Shown here: positions 48,255 through 59,946 of the stretch, one piece after another
Numbering within the stretch: position 1 is the stretch's first letter
Layout of the letters: the number at the start of each line of letters is the position of its first letter
Source of the DNA: an uncultured Gammaproteobacteria bacterium
GTDB lineage: Bacteria > Pseudomonadota > Gammaproteobacteria > Xanthomonadales > Rhodanobacteraceae
Length of the DNA stretch: 64,000 bases
Assembly: GCA_963821885.1 (NCBI GenBank)
Contig: CAWGFN010000004.1
Location: 43,485-107,484, forward strand
Reading direction: 5' to 3'
The notes under the pieces: generated by a model
Seen by the model: the letters and a program-made list of their open reading frames with translations, nothing else
What the model was told of the DNA's origin: nothing
Database searches by the model: none
Translations under genes and position numbers: made by a program

Positions 48255-51200
48255 TCAGTCGAGCGGCATCTGCGCCAGCTGCGCCAGGCGCCGCACCGCC
48301 ACCGAGGCGATCGGATAGTCCGCGTTCTGGGTCAGGATCTCGGCCAGCATCATGCGGGTATGGCGCAGCGTGGGGTCGTCACGCTCCAGCCAGGCCGCCA
48401 CGGCCTTGTCGCCCTGGCGGCCGCCGGCAAAGGTCATGACCTGCGCCGACAGCGCGCGATGCTGGTGGCTCAGCTCCTCCAGCAACGAGCCGCGCGCCTG
48501 CGCATGCCAGCTGCTTTCCACCGGTAGCGCCTCGATCTGGCCACGCAGCCAATCCAGGTCCAGGGCACCGGCCAGGCCGAAGAACACCGTGGCCACCTGA
48601 TCCACCGGACGCTTGGCGTGGGTGGCGACCTCGATCATGTCCAGCGCCGGGCGCAGGAACGGCAGGCACGCCAGGCGGTGGGCAAGACCGCTGGAGGCGC
48701 CGAGGCCTTCCCACTTCTCGATGCCCGACTCGAAGTCGGCCTTGCCGGTGGCCGTCAGCGCGACCGGCAGGGCCTCGCGCAATGCCTGCATGCCCGGCTG
48801 GTAGCGCTCGACATTGGCGGCAATGTCGAGACTGCCGCCGGGCCGCCCCAGCAGCCATCGCGTGAGGTGACGCAACAGGCTCCAGATCTGCAGCATCGCG
48901 TCGATCTGCATGTCCTCGGATGCCTGGCCGTCCAATGCCTCGATGTCCGACCACAGGTTGCGCGCGTCGAGGATCTCGCGGGCGGCGGTGAAGGCCTTGG
49001 CGATCACCGCCGGCGCCTGGCCGCTGTCCTCGGCCATGCGCATCATGAAGGTGGCGCCCATGCGGTTGATGGTCGAATTGGTGACCGCGGTGGCGATGAT
49101 CTCGCGACGCAGGCGGTGCCGGAGCATGTGCTCGGCATAGCGCTCGCGCAGCGGCTCGGGGAAGTAGCGCTCGAGCTCGCGCGACAGGAACGGATCCTCG
49201 GGCACGTCCGAATCGAGCAGCTGCTGGTACAGCTTGAGCTTGTCGTAGGACAGCAACACCGAGAGTTCCGGCCGGGTCAGGCCCAGGCCGCGGGTCTTGC
49301 GCTCGGTCAGCTCGGCATCGCTGGGCAGCGATTCGACCTGGCGGTCGAGCATGCCCTCGGCCTCCAGCGTGCGGATGAAGTGCGCCATCGAGCCGATGCG
49401 CTTGGCCGACATGTGCTCCATCAGTGTGATGGCGTAGTTCTGCCGGTAGTTGTCCCACAGCACCAGGCGCTCGACCTCGTCGGTCATCGCCGCCAACTGC
49501 GTGTTGCGGCCATCCAGGTCCAGCTCGCCGCGATGCACGGCATCGCCCAGCAGGATCTTGATGTTGACCTCGTGATCGGAGGTGTCGACGCCGGCCGAGT
49601 TGTCGATGAAGTCGGTGTTGAGCAGCACGCCATGCAGCGCCGCCTCGATGCGGCCCTTCTGGGTCAGGCCCAGGTTGCCGCCCTCGCCCACCACCTTGCA
49701 GCGCAGCTCGTCGCCATTGATGCGCAAGGCGTTGTTGGCGCGGTCGCCGGCGTCGGCGTGGGTCTCCGAGGAGGCCTTGACGTAGGTGCCGATGCCGCCG
49801 TTCCACAGCAGGTCGACCGGCGCGCGCAGGATGGCGCTCATCAACTCGTGCGGGGAAAGGTGCTCGACGTCGTTGCGCAGGCCCAGGGCCTGGCGCACCG
49901 GTTCGCTGACCGGGATCGACTTGGCCGAGCGCGACCAGATGCCGCCGCCCTCGGAGATCAACGACTCGTCGTAGTCTTCCCAGGACGATCGCGGCAGCTT
50001 GAACATGCGCTCGCGCTCGGCGAAGGACGTCGCCGCGTCCGGATTCGGATCGAGGAAGATGTGGCGGTGGTCGAAGGCGGCCAGCAGGCGGATGTGGCGC
50101 GACAGCAGCATGCCGTTGCCGAACACGTCGCCGGACATGTCGCCGATGCCCACGCAGGTGAAATCCTCGGACTGCGAGTCGCGCCCCATGGCGCGGAAGT
50201 GGCGCTTGACCGACTCCCAGGCGCCCTTGGCGGTAATGCCCATGCCCTTGTGGTCGTAGCCGTTGGAGCCGCCGGAAGCGAAGGCGTCGCCAAGCCAGAA
50301 ACCGTGTTCGATGGCGATGCCGTTGGCGATATCCGAGAACGTCGCGGTGCCCTTGTCGGCGGCCACCACCAGGTAGGGGTCGTCGTCGTCGTGGCGCACC
50401 ACGTCGACCGGCGGCACGATCTTGCCGTCGACCAGGTTGTCGGTGATGTCGAGCAGGCCCTCGATGAACATGCGGTAGCAGGCCACGCCCTCGGCCTGAA
50501 CGTCCTCGCGCTCGCCGCTGGCCGGCGGCTGCTTGACGAAGAAGCCGCCCTTGGAGCCGACCGGCACGATGACGGTGTTCTTGACCATCTGCGCCTTGAC
50601 CAGGCCCAGCACCTCGGTGCGGAAGTCCTCGCGCCGGTCCGACCAGCGCAGGCCGCCGCGGGCGACCGCGCCGAAGCGCAGGTGGATGCCCTCCACGCGC
50701 GGGCCGTAGACGAAGATCTCGCGATACGGCACCGGCTTGGGCGCATCGGGCACCAGCGAGGAGTCGAACTTGAAGCTGATGTAGTGGCGCGCCTGGCCGT
50801 CGGGCCGCTGGAAATAGCTGGTGCGCAGGGTCGCGCGGATGACGTCCATGTAGCTCTTGATGATGCGCTCGTCATCGAGGCTGGCGACGCCGTCCAGCAG
50901 CACGCGGATGGCGTCCCAGAACACCTCGATCTGCTTCTGCCGCGGCTGCACCAGCGCGCCGACCACGCGATCGATGAACTGGCCGCGGTCGACCGACATC
51001 GATGCCGGAACCAGCGCCTGCATCTCGGTGCGCAGCTGCTCGGCATGCAGGACGCATTCATCCTCGCTGCGATCGGCGCGTTCCGGGTCGAACTTGGCGT
51101 TGAACAGCTCGACCAGCAGGTTGGCAATGCCCGGATAGCGGTTGAGCGTCTCTTCCATGTAACTCTGGGAAAAGGCGATGCCGACCTGCTGCAGGTACTT

Positions 51201-53207
51201 GCAGTACCCGCGCAGCATGGCGACCTGGCGCCAGTGCAGCAGCGCGCCGAGCACCAGGCGATTGAAGCCGTCGCTCTCGGCATTGCCGCGCCATACGTTC
51301 TCGAAGGCATGCTCGAAATGGCCGCCAACCTGGTCGACCGGGAACACCAGGTCGCCGTCCGGACGCACCTCGAAGTCCTGGATGAACAGACGCGCGTCAT
51401 CCACGCGCATGTCGTAGACGTGCTCGGTGAGCACGCGCAGGCCGAGGTTCTCCAGTTGCGGCAGCATGTCCGACAACGGGATGTCGACGCCGCGGCGGTA
51501 GACCTTGAAACGCAGCTGGTCCGGCTGCTGGGTGGGACGGTAGAAGGACATGCGCACGGCCTGGTCGTCGTCCAGCTGCGCCAGCGCCTGCACGTCCGCG
51601 GCCGCGACATCGGGGGAGACTTCCTCGATGTAGCCGGCCGGCAACGCCGCGCCGTAGCGGCTGGCCAGGACCATGCCCTCGGTTTCGCCCATCACGTGGA
51701 CCAGGCTGTCGCGCAGCTCGTCCTGCCAATTGCGCACGATGCCGATCAGTTTCTGCTCGAGTTCGTCGGTGTCGAAATCCGGCGTATGGCCCGGCTCCGG
51801 GCGCACCACCACATGCAGGCGGGCCAGCGCGGCCTCGCCCATCAGGACGCTGGAATCGAGCGACTTGCCGGCCAGCTCCTCGCGCAACATCGCTTCCACG
51901 CGCTGGCGCACCGTGGTGTTGAATCGCTGCCGCGGGATATAGGCCAGGCAGGAGAAGAATCGGCCGTACTGGTCACGGCGCACGAACAGGCGCGCGCGGG
52001 CGCGCTCCTTCAGTTCCAGCACGCCGATGGCGGTATCGAACAATTCATCCGGCGCGCCCTGCAGCAGCTCGTCGCGCGGCAGGGTCTCCAGGATGTGCCT
52101 GAGCGCCTTGCCCGAATAGGCATCGCGGCGCAGGCCCGAACGGCGCATCACCGACTCGTACTTCAGCCGCACCAGCGGGATTTCCTGCGGACGGCGGGTG
52201 TAGGCGGTGGAGGTGAACAGACCGAGGAAGCGTTGCTCGGCCACCGGCCTGCCATCGGCATCGAAGCGCAACACGCCGATGTAGTCCATGTAGCCCGGGC
52301 GGTGCACCCGCGAGCGCGAGTTGGTCTTGGTCAGGATGATCGCATCCATCGAACCCGACTGCGGCAGGCGCGAGGCCGCCAGGGTCCGCAGCGAACGCGG
52401 CGCGGTCGCGCGCTCGTCGTCGCGCAGGATGCCCTTGCCCGATCCCGACACGGTGCACAGGACCTGGTCGCCCTGGGCCTCGGTCACCTCGTATTCGCGG
52501 TAGCCGAGGAAGGTGAAATGGTCGTCGGCCACCCAGCGCAGGAAGGCCTGCGCCTCGGCCACGCCGTCCTCGTCCAGCGGCAGGGAACGCTGCGGCAGGG
52601 CATCGGCGATCTCGACCATCTTGCCGCGCATCGCGCGCCAGTCGTTGACCGAGGCGCGAACATCGGCCAGCGAAGCCTGGAGGTCGCGCAGCAGGTGCTC
52701 GCAGTCCTCGCCGTCGGCCAGGCGGTCGATCTCCAGGTGCATGATCGACTCGTGCGCCGTCTCGCCGCCCTCGTTGCGCAGCGTCTCGAGGCGTCCCTGC
52801 CCGTCGCGGGTCACCGCGAACACCGGGTGGGTGACCATGTGCACGCTCAGCCCCGCGCGCTCGACGGCCATGGTCAGGGTGTCGACCAGGAAGGGCATGT
52901 CGTCGGTGACCACCTGCACGGTGGTACGCAGGCCACCCCAGCCCTGCTGCTCGTGCTCGGGATTGAACACCCGCAGTTTCGCCGCGCCGGCCACGCGCTC
53001 GCGCATGAATCCATACCATTCGCCGAGCAGCGCCGCCCACTCGCCCGGCTCGTGCTGGGCCCGGTCCGCGGCCGGCATGCGGTCGAAGAAACCGTGCAGC
53101 AAGGCACTGGCGTTGTCGGCATCGATGCCGGCCTTGGCGAGCAGGCGATCGAAGTGTTCACGGACCTGACCTTCGAAGTGGTCAACGTCGTGTTTTGTAT
53201 GATTCAT
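48255..53207 (-). CDS. gdhB: NAD-specific glutamate dehydrogenase, large (~180 kDa) class
   Basis: 1650 aa from ATG 53207 (MNHTKHDVDHFEGQV..). The central block ..VVAADKGTATFSD..GYDHKGMGITAKGAWE..GDMSGDVFGNGML.. is typical of Bac_GDH. Confidence 0.9.
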   Translation of the reverse strand: MNHTKHDVDHFEGQVREHFDRLLAKAGIDADNASALLHGFFDRMPAADRAQHEPGEWAALLGEWYGFMRERVAGAAKLRVFNPEHEQQGWGGLRTTVQVVTDDMPFLVDTLTMAVERAGLSVHMVTHPVFAVTRDGQGRLETLRNEGGETAHESIMHLEIDRLADGEDCEHLLRDLQASLADVRASVNDWRAMRGKMVEIADALPQRSLPLDEDGVAEAQAFLRWVADDHFTFLGYREYEVTEAQGDQVLCTVSGSGKGILRDDERATAPRSLRTLAASRLPQSGSMDAIILTKTNSRSRVHRPGYMDYIGVLRFDADGRPVAEQRFLGLFTSTAYTRRPQEIPLVRLKYESVMRRSGLRRDAYSGKALRHILETLPRDELLQGAPDELFDTAIGVLELKERARARLFVRRDQYGRFFSCLAYIPRQRFNTTVRQRVEAMLREELAGKSLDSSVLMGEAALARLHVVVRPEPGHTPDFDTDELEQKLIGIVRNWQDELRDSLVHVMGETEGMVLASRYGAALPAGYIEEVSPDVAAADVQALAQLDDDQAVRMSFYRPTQQPDQLRFKVYRRGVDIPLSDMLPQLENLGLRVLTEHVYDMRVDDARLFIQDFEVRPDGDLVFPVDQVGGHFEHAFENVWRGNAESDGFNRLVLGALLHWRQVAMLRGYCKYLQQVGIAFSQSYMEETLNRYPGIANLLVELFNAKFDPERADRSEDECVLHAEQLRTEMQALVPASMSVDRGQFIDRVVGALVQPRQKQIEVFWDAIRVLLDGVASLDDERIIKSYMDVIRATLRTSYFQRPDGQARHYISFKFDSSLVPDAPKPVPYREIFVYGPRVEGIHLRFGAVARGGLRWSDRREDFRTEVLGLVKAQMVKNTVIVPVGSKGGFFVKQPPASGEREDVQAEGVACYRMFIEGLLDITDNLVDGKIVPPVDVVRHDDDDPYLVVAADKGTATFSDIANGIAIEHGFWLGDAFASGGSNGYDHKGMGITAKGAWESVKRHFRAMGRDSQSEDFTCVGIGDMSGDVFGNGMLLSRHIRLLAAFDHRHIFLDPNPDAATSFAERERMFKLPRSSWEDYDESLISEGGGIWSRSAKSIPVSEPVRQALGLRNDVEHLSPHELMSAILRAPVDLLWNGGIGTYVKASSETHADAGDRANNALRINGDELRCKVVGEGGNLGLTQKGRIEAALHGVLLNTDFIDNSAGVDTSDHEVNIKILLGDAVHRGELDLDGRNTQLAAMTDEVERLVLWDNYRQNYAITLMEHMSAKRIGSMAHFIRTLEAEGMLDRQVESLPSDAELTERKTRGLGLTRPELSVLLSYDKLKLYQQLLDSDVPEDPFLSRELERYFPEPLRERYAEHMLRHRLRREIIATAVTNSTINRMGATFMMRMAEDSGQAPAVIAKAFTAAREILDARNLWSDIEALDGQASEDMQIDAMLQIWSLLRHLTRWLLGRPGGSLDIAANVERYQPGMQALREALPVALTATGKADFESGIEKWEGLGASSGLAHRLACLPFLRPALDMIEVATHAKRPVDQVATVFFGLAGALDLDWLRGQIEALPVESSWHAQARGSLLEELSHQHRALSAQVMTFAGGRQGDKAVAAWLERDDPTLRHTRMMLAEILTQNADYPIASVAVRRLAQLAQMPLD

Positions 53208-53491
53208 GGCGTATTCTGCGAGACGAGCGGAGTGGAGTGGATGACTCAGGCAATCGCCATCGTCGGCGTCGCGAGCGGGCGGCCGCAAGCGTCAGCTTCC
53301 AGGGGGTTGCTGATGGCGTTCACGGTTCGAAAGCACGCATGCCGGAGGCATGCCGGGGAAAGAAGCGGGTACCTTGCTGATTCCGGGCGCTTCGTCGGCC
53401 GCTGGATACGGGGCATGGTCGGTTTCGTCAATCCAAGGCTGCATGCTGGTACCGTTGACCCACGACTTTCCGGCTGGGGATACGGTTCGGA

Positions 53492-55282
53492 ATGAGAAGG
53501 ATAGCTCCGCAGGCACCGGCTGATCCAGCACCGCCATCGCTGCTGATGTCGCGCGGGAGCACACTTCGCTTCCGTCGCAGGCTGATCCTGATCGCCGTGA
53601 TCGCCATCGCCCTGATCCTCGGCATGGCCGCGGCCGCGGTCATCAATGTCTCGAGCTATCGCCATTACAACGCGGCGACGCGCCATTCCAGCGGCGTCCT
53701 GCAACAGATCCTGAGCACGTCGAACGCGCTGCGCGGCGCCGAATCGGGACTGCGCGGCCACCTGCTGACCGGCGATACCGGGCAGCTGGAGAGCTACCTG
53801 ATCGCCCTGCCGAAGATCGACCAGGGCAGCGCGCAACTGCTGGACATGACCCGCGGGGACCCTCCGCAGCACCAGTTGGCGCTGAACCTGCGCGCCAGCC
53901 TGCAGGCCCGCGCGCGGCAATTGCAGGCCGTGCTCGCGCGCTATCGCGGCGGCGACCGCAACGGCGCCCTGTCCATGCTGCGCGCACAGATGGCCGCCGA
54001 TGCCGACCATCCCCTGCTCCGGCAGACCGAGGCCATGCGCGACGTCGAGATGGCGCATCAACGAAACGTCGACCAGCAGCGCGACCGCTCGGCCAGCCTG
54101 ACCGCCTGGTTCACCTTCGCCAGTCTGTCCTGCGCGCTGGCGCTGCTGCTCAGCTCGATCGTCCTGGTTCTGCGCCAGCAACGCCATGCACTGGATTCCA
54201 AGGAAGCGCTGATGCAGGCCTACATGCAGCTGGCGCAATCGCTGGAGGAGTCGCGCGGTCTGGCCGACCGCATGCAGCGCCTGCATGCATTGAGCGAAAC
54301 CCTGCAGAACTGCCGCAGCATGCATGAAGCCCTGCGCACGCTGCCCCCGAGCCTGGAGGACATGCTTCCCGACACCGCCGGCGTGGTCATGCTGATCAAT
54401 GCCTCGCGCAATCTGGTCGAGACCGCCAGCGCCTGGGGGCAGCTGACGCATCGCAGCGAGGACGTCTTCGCCCCGGACGACTGCTACGCCCTGCGCCGCG
54501 GCCAGGCCTACCCCGAATCGGACACCCAGGCGAGGATGCCGTGCGCGCACCTGCACCCGGTGGAAGCCGCCGGTCACGGCCAGACCTGGCTGTGCGTGCC
54601 CCTGCTGGCCCAGGGCGAGACCCTGGGCGTGTTGCACATGCAGCAGGCGACAGGCCTCAGTCCGGAAATCCGCGATATGTGCATCACGCTGGGCGAACAG
54701 CTGGGCCTGCTCCTGGGCAACCTGCGCCTGCAGGAAAGCCTGCACAACCAGTCGATCCGCGATCCGCTCACCGGCCTTTACAACCGCCGCTATCTGGAAA
54801 CCTCGCTGTATCGCGAGCTGCTGCGCAACATCCGCCAGGGCAGCCGGCTGACCGTGCTGATGATGGACCTGGACCATTTCAAGCGATTCAACGACGTGCA
54901 TGGCCACGACGCCGGCGACCAACTGCTGCAGCAGTTCGCCGCGCTCCTGCGCGAACTGGTGCGCGCCGAGGACATCGCCTGCCGTTACGGCGGCGAGGAG
55001 TTCACCGTGATCCTCCCCGATACCGACGCCGAGGCCGCCCTGCGGCGCGCGGAGACCATTCGCGCACGCACCGAGCAGCTCAACATCCGCCATCGTGGCG
55101 CGCTGCTGGGCGGGATCAGCGTGTCCATCGGCCTTGCTGTCCAGGAAGACCAGGAACACGATACGGCCAGCCTGCTGCATGCCGCCGACCAGGCGCTCTA
55201 CCGGGCCAAGCGGGCCGGCCGCAACCGGATCGAGTCCGCCACCGCCCAGGATCACACCGCGGCCCCCGAAGACACGAATTGA
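53492..55282 (+). CDS. CHASE3-GAF-GGDEF diguanylate cyclase (intact GGEEF with an RxxD I-site)
   Basis: TM, then CHASE3-like (..GAESGLRGHLLTGD..), a second TM, GAF, and RAEDIACRYGGEEF. An alternative start is ATG 53546. Confidence 0.8.
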   Translation: MRRIAPQAPADPAPPSLLMSRGSTLRFRRRLILIAVIAIALILGMAAAAVINVSSYRHYNAATRHSSGVLQQILSTSNALRGAESGLRGHLLTGDTGQLESYLIALPKIDQGSAQLLDMTRGDPPQHQLALNLRASLQARARQLQAVLARYRGGDRNGALSMLRAQMAADADHPLLRQTEAMRDVEMAHQRNVDQQRDRSASLTAWFTFASLSCALALLLSSIVLVLRQQRHALDSKEALMQAYMQLAQSLEESRGLADRMQRLHALSETLQNCRSMHEALRTLPPSLEDMLPDTAGVVMLINASRNLVETASAWGQLTHRSEDVFAPDDCYALRRGQAYPESDTQARMPCAHLHPVEAAGHGQTWLCVPLLAQGETLGVLHMQQATGLSPEIRDMCITLGEQLGLLLGNLRLQESLHNQSIRDPLTGLYNRRYLETSLYRELLRNIRQGSRLTVLMMDLDHFKRFNDVHGHDAGDQLLQQFAALLRELVRAEDIACRYGGEEFTVILPDTDAEAALRRAETIRARTEQLNIRHRGALLGGISVSIGLAVQEDQEHDTASLLHAADQALYRAKRAGRNRIESATAQDHTAAPEDTN

Positions 55283-55482
55283 CGGCCTTTGCCGACATTC
55301 TTAAACTGGCCGGTACATTACACCCCCGCCCGCGACCAAGACCCGCCAGACAAACCCATTACGGCATTTCGTCCCATCATCCATGCGATGGCCTACCGCG
55401 CATGGCCGCTGGACACGCATTGCCGCGATCGTCACGCTTGGCGGATCGGATCGATGGGACATCGTTCATCCAAGGAATACAG

Positions 55483-56676
55483 ATGCATTTCACGCGCCCG
55501 CGCACACTGGATGCGTTCCTGTTCACGCTGATCGCATGTGGCCTGCTGTCCGCCTGTGGACAAGGCAGTTCACAAGGCAACCGGAAGATGCCCCCGGCCA
55601 ACGTCGGCGTGCATCCGGCCGTGCCCACCTCGGTGCCCCTCGTACGCGACCTGGTCGGCCGCCTCTCGGCCTACCGCAGCGCCGACGTGCGCGCACGCGT
55701 GAGCGGCGTGCTGCTCAAGCGCGACTACGAGGAAGGTGGCGATGTGAAGAAGGGCCAGGTGCTGTTCGAGATCGACCCGGCGCCGCTGAAAGCCTCGCTG
55801 GATGCGGCCAGGGCCTCGCTGGCCCAGGCCCAGGCGGACTACACCAACAAGAAGATCGCGGCCAGCCGCGCGCGCGAACTGGCGCCCAAGGGCTTCGTCT
55901 CGCGTTCGGACCTGGACAACGCCGAGGCCGCCGAACGCACCGCGGCCGCCAGCGTGCAGCAGGCCCGGGCGGCCGTGGAAAGCGCCACGATCAACCTGGG
56001 TTACGCCACCGTGCGCTCGCCCATCGACGGCCGCGCCGGCAAGCAGCAGGTGACCGAGGGCGCCCTGGTCGGCCAGGGCAGCGCGACCCTGCTGACCACG
56101 GTCGACCAGATCGATCCGCTGTACGTGAACTTCAACATGGCCGTGGACGAGCTCGACAAGCTGCGCCGCGAACAGGCCGAGGGCAGCGCGACCCTGCGCG
56201 GCGCCAACCAGGCGCGCATCGAACTGTCCATGCCCGACGGCGGCAAGTACGGCGAGCCCGGCACCCTGGACTTCTCCGGCACCACCGTGGACCCGGATAC
56301 CGGCGCGGTGGCGCTGCGTGGCCTGATCCCCAACCCCAAGGGCAACCTGCTGCCCGGCATGTACGTCCACCTCAAGGTCGAATTCGGCACCCTCGATCAT
56401 GCCTACCTGGTTTCCGAGGCCGCCGTGCAGCGCGACCCGACCGGACCCTACGTCCTGGTCCTGGGCAAGGACGGCATGGTGCAGCAAAAGCGCGTGCAGA
56501 CGGCTGGCATCTACAAGCAGCAGTGGATCGTCACCGGCGGCCTGGCCCAGGGCGATCGCATCATCGTCGAAGGCCTGGCCCAGGCGCAGCCCGGCAAGCC
56601 CGCGGTGCTCGCCAAGCCGGCGCCCAGGGCGACCGGCCCGGCCACGCAGGGCGCGGCTGGCGCCGGCTCGCACTGA
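55483..56676 (+). CDS. RND efflux membrane-fusion (periplasmic adaptor) lipoprotein, AcrA/MexA-like
   Basis: Lipobox LLSACG. ..VRARVSGVLLKRDYEEGGDVKKGQVLFEIDP..INLGYATVRSPIDG.. The start is ATG 55483 inside ORF 54541..56676. Confidence 0.9.
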   Translation: MHFTRPRTLDAFLFTLIACGLLSACGQGSSQGNRKMPPANVGVHPAVPTSVPLVRDLVGRLSAYRSADVRARVSGVLLKRDYEEGGDVKKGQVLFEIDPAPLKASLDAARASLAQAQADYTNKKIAASRARELAPKGFVSRSDLDNAEAAERTAAASVQQARAAVESATINLGYATVRSPIDGRAGKQQVTEGALVGQGSATLLTTVDQIDPLYVNFNMAVDELDKLRREQAEGSATLRGANQARIELSMPDGGKYGEPGTLDFSGTTVDPDTGAVALRGLIPNPKGNLLPGMYVHLKVEFGTLDHAYLVSEAAVQRDPTGPYVLVLGKDGMVQQKRVQTAGIYKQQWIVTGGLAQGDRIIVEGLAQAQPGKPAVLAKPAPRATGPATQGAAGAGSH

Positions 56677-56685
56677 GGTCCCGTC

Positions 56686-59600
56686 ATGCCCGGATTCTTC
56701 ATTGAACGCCCGATCTTCGCCTGGGTGATCGCGATCCTGATCTCGCTCGGCGGCGTCATCGCCATCGCCAACCTGGGCGTGGAGTCGTACCCCGACATCG
56801 CGCCGCCGCAGGTCACCATCAACGCCAGCTATCCCGGCGCCAACGCCGAGACCATCGAGAAAAGCGTCACCCAGGTCATCGAGCAGCAACTGACCAGCAT
56901 CGACAACCTGCTGTACTTCAGCTCCTCGTCCAGCTCCACCGGCATCGGTCAGCATCACCCTGACCTTCGCCGACGGCACCGACCCGGACACCGCCCAGGT
57001 GCAGGTGCAGAACAAGGTGGCGCTGGCCACGCCGCGACTGCCCTCGGAAGTGGTGCAGCAGGGCGTGGTGCGTGGCCAAGGCCAACACCGGCTTCCTGAT
57101 GGTGGTCGCGCTGCGCTCGGACGACGACGGCTCGATGGACGCCAACGCGCTCAACAACATGATCGCCACGCGCATCCAGGACCCGATATCGCGCCTGCCC
57201 GGCGTCGGCAGCACGCAGCAGTTCGGCTCCGAATACGCCATGCGCATCTGGCTGAACCCGGACAAGCTGCACGGCTACGGCCTGTCGGCCACCGACGTGC
57301 TGGACGCCGTGCGCGCGCAGAACGTGCAGTTCGCGGCTGGCTCGATCGGCGCCGCGCCGGCCCGCAAGGGCCAGGGCTACACGGCCACGGTCAGCGCCGA
57401 GAGCCGCTTCACCTCGCCCGACCAGTTCCGCAACATCATCCTGCGCGCCAACAGCGACGGCTCCACGGTGCGCCTGAAGGACGTCGCGCGCGATCGGAGT
57501 TCGGACCCGAGGGCTACGGCTTCGAGCGGCGCGCTACAACGGCAAGCCCGCGGGCGGCTTCGCCGTGTCAGCTGCAGCCCGGCGCCAACGCGCTGACGGT
57601 GGCCCAGGAGGTGCGCGACAAGATGGCCGAGCTGCAGCGCAGCTTCCCGCCGCACGTCACCTGGTTCTCGCCGTTCGACTCCACCACGTTCGTGAAGATG
57701 TCGATCAACGAGGTGGTGCAGACGCTGATCGAGGCGATCATCCTGGTGTTCCTGGTGATGCTGCTGTTCCTGCAGAACATCCGCGCCACGTGATCCCGAC
57801 CCTGGTCATTCCCGGTGGCCCTGCTCGGCACCTTCCTCGGCATGCTGGTCATGGGCTTCACCATCAACCAGCTGACCCTGTTCGGCATGGTGCTGGCCAT
57901 CGGCATCGTGGTCGACGACGCGATCGTGGTGATCGAGAACGTCGAGCGCATCATGACCGAGGAGAACCTTCCGCCGAAGGAAGCCACGCGCAAGGCGATG
58001 ATCCAGATCACCGGCGCGGTGGTCGCCATCTCGGTGGTGCTGGCGGCGGTGTTCATCCCCAGCGCGCTGCAGACCGGCAGCGTGGGCGCGATCTACCGCC
58101 AGTTCGCCCTGACCATCGCCCTGTCGATGGGCTTCTCGGCCTTCCTGGCGCTGTCGTTCACCCCGGCCCTGTGCGCCTCGATGCTCAAGCCCGAGCACGA
58201 CAAGCCCAAGAACCGGCTGTTCCGCGGCTTCAACCGCTTCTTCGCGGCGACCACCCAGACGCTACACCCGCCATGTGGGCCGGGCCATCACCCACGCGCC
58301 GCGCTGGATGCTCGGCTTCGCGCTGCTGGCGGTGCTGACCGGCTTCCTGTTCACCCGCCTGCCCGGCAGCTTCCTGCCTCCGGAGGACCAGGGGTACGCC
58401 TTCGTGGTGGTGCAGCTGCCGCCAGGCGCGACCATGCAGCGCACCAACAAGGTGCTGGACCAGATCCGCACCATGGTCATGGCACGATCCCGGCCGTCCA
58501 TGGCATGTTCCAGGTCGCGGGCTTCAGCTTCATGGGCTCGGGCGAGAACGCCGGCATGGCCTTCATCCACCTCAAGGACTGGTCCAAGCGCGACATCACC
58601 GCGGACCAGTTCGTGCAGCGCATGAACGGCATGCTGTTCATGAAGATCCACGACGCCAAGGCGTTCGCCGCCAACATGCCGACGGTGCGCGGCCTGGGGC
58701 AGTTCGGCGGCTTCGACATGTACCTGCAGGACCGTGGCGGCCAGGGCTATGCCGCCCTGGCCAAGGCCCGCGACCAGCTGCTGGCCAAGGCCGCGCAGGA
58801 TCCGGTCCTCAGCAACGTGCGCCCCAATGCCCTGGGCGACACGCCGCAGATCAGGCTGAACGTCGATCGCGTCAAGGCGCAGTCAATGGGCCTTTCGGTC
58901 AGCGACGTGTACAACGCCATCCAGCTGATGCTGGCGCCGGTCTACGTCAACGACTTCTTCTACCAGGGCCGCGTCAAGCGCGTGATCATGCAGGCCGACT
59001 CGCCCTACCGCATGGATCTGGACGCCCTCTCGCACTTCTACACGCCCAGCAGCAAGGTCGGCGGCAACGGTGACGACAGCATGATCCCGCTGTCCGGCGT
59101 GGTCGACGCCAAGTGGCAGCATGGGGCCGCCCGCGCGCAGCCGCTACAACGGCTACTCGGCGGTGGAGATCGTCGGCGACCCGGCGCCCGGCTACAGCTC
59201 CGGGCCAGGCCATGACGGCCATGCAGCAGATCGTCGACAAGGACCTGCCGGAGGGCTTCGGCGTCGACTGGAGCGGCCAGTCCTACCAGGAGGTGATCTC
59301 GGGCAACCAGGCGCCGCTGCTGTTCGGCCTGTCGATCCTGGTGGTGTTCCTGGCCCTGGCCGCGTTGTACGAGAGCTGGTCGATCCCGGTCTCGGTGCTG
59401 CTGGTGGTGCCGCTGGGCGTGCTCGGCGCGGTGCTGGCGACCATGCTGCGCGGCATGCCCAACGACGTCTACTTCAAGATCGGCCTGATCACCATCATCG
59501 GCCTGGCGGCCAAGAACGCGATCCTGATCGTGGAGTTCGCGGTCGAGCAGCAGCAGATCGGGACGCTCGCTGCGCGAGGGCGTGGTCGAGGCGGCGCGCC

Positions 59601-59870
59601 TGCGCCTGCGGCCGATCCTGATGACCTCGCTGGCCTTCATCCTCGGCGTGCTGCCGCTGGCCATCTCCACCGGACCCGGCGCCAACGCGCGTCACGCCAT
59701 CGGTACCGGCGTGATCGGCGGCATGCTGTTCGCCACCTTGCTCGGCCTGCTGCTGATCCCGGTGTTCTACGTGGCCATGCGCCGCCTGCTCGGCGACCGG
59801 CTGGACCCGGCCGGCCGCGCCACGCGGACCGGGCGGACCGCAGCCGTTCGACTCCGATCCGCGGCGCTGA
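56686..59870 (+). pseudogene. RND multidrug efflux permease (AcrB/MexB-like) broken by at least 12 single-nt frameshifts; the 3' end is uncertain
   Basis: Colinear AcrB-like sequence hops between all three frames at ~56944, 57071, 57492-97, 57527-31, 57568, 57790, 57814, 58259, 58479, 59123-26, 59205 and 59557-60. It uses ORFs 56686, 56999, 57072, 57565, 57815, 58275, 59121, 59113 and 59582. Confidence 0.85.
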
Positions 59871-59892
59871 TCGCCGAGGGACGCCGAAAACG

Positions 59893-59925
59893 AAAAAGGC
59901 CGCGGATGCATGCCCGCGGCCTTTT
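59893..59925. terminator. Bidirectional intrinsic terminator between the RND gene and fabG
   Basis: AAAAA-GGCCGCGG-atgcatgc-CCGCGGCC-TTTT. Confidence 0.8.
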
Positions 59926-59946
59926 CATCATGCGGGGCGATGCCAC

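Noticed and set aside
53300-53345. tRNA-like T-loop sequence (GGTTCGAAAGC)
   Set aside because: No acceptor, D or anticodon stems can be drawn around it. It lies in the gdhB upstream region.
48618-53495. 1625-aa ORF on the plus strand
   Set aside because: It is the mirror frame of the NAD-glutamate dehydrogenase gene, with low-complexity composition and no recognisable domain. The same reasoning applies to 29912..32446 (+), 6841..8514 (-), 10767..12833 (-), 41092..42777 (-) and other long antisense ORFs in the track.
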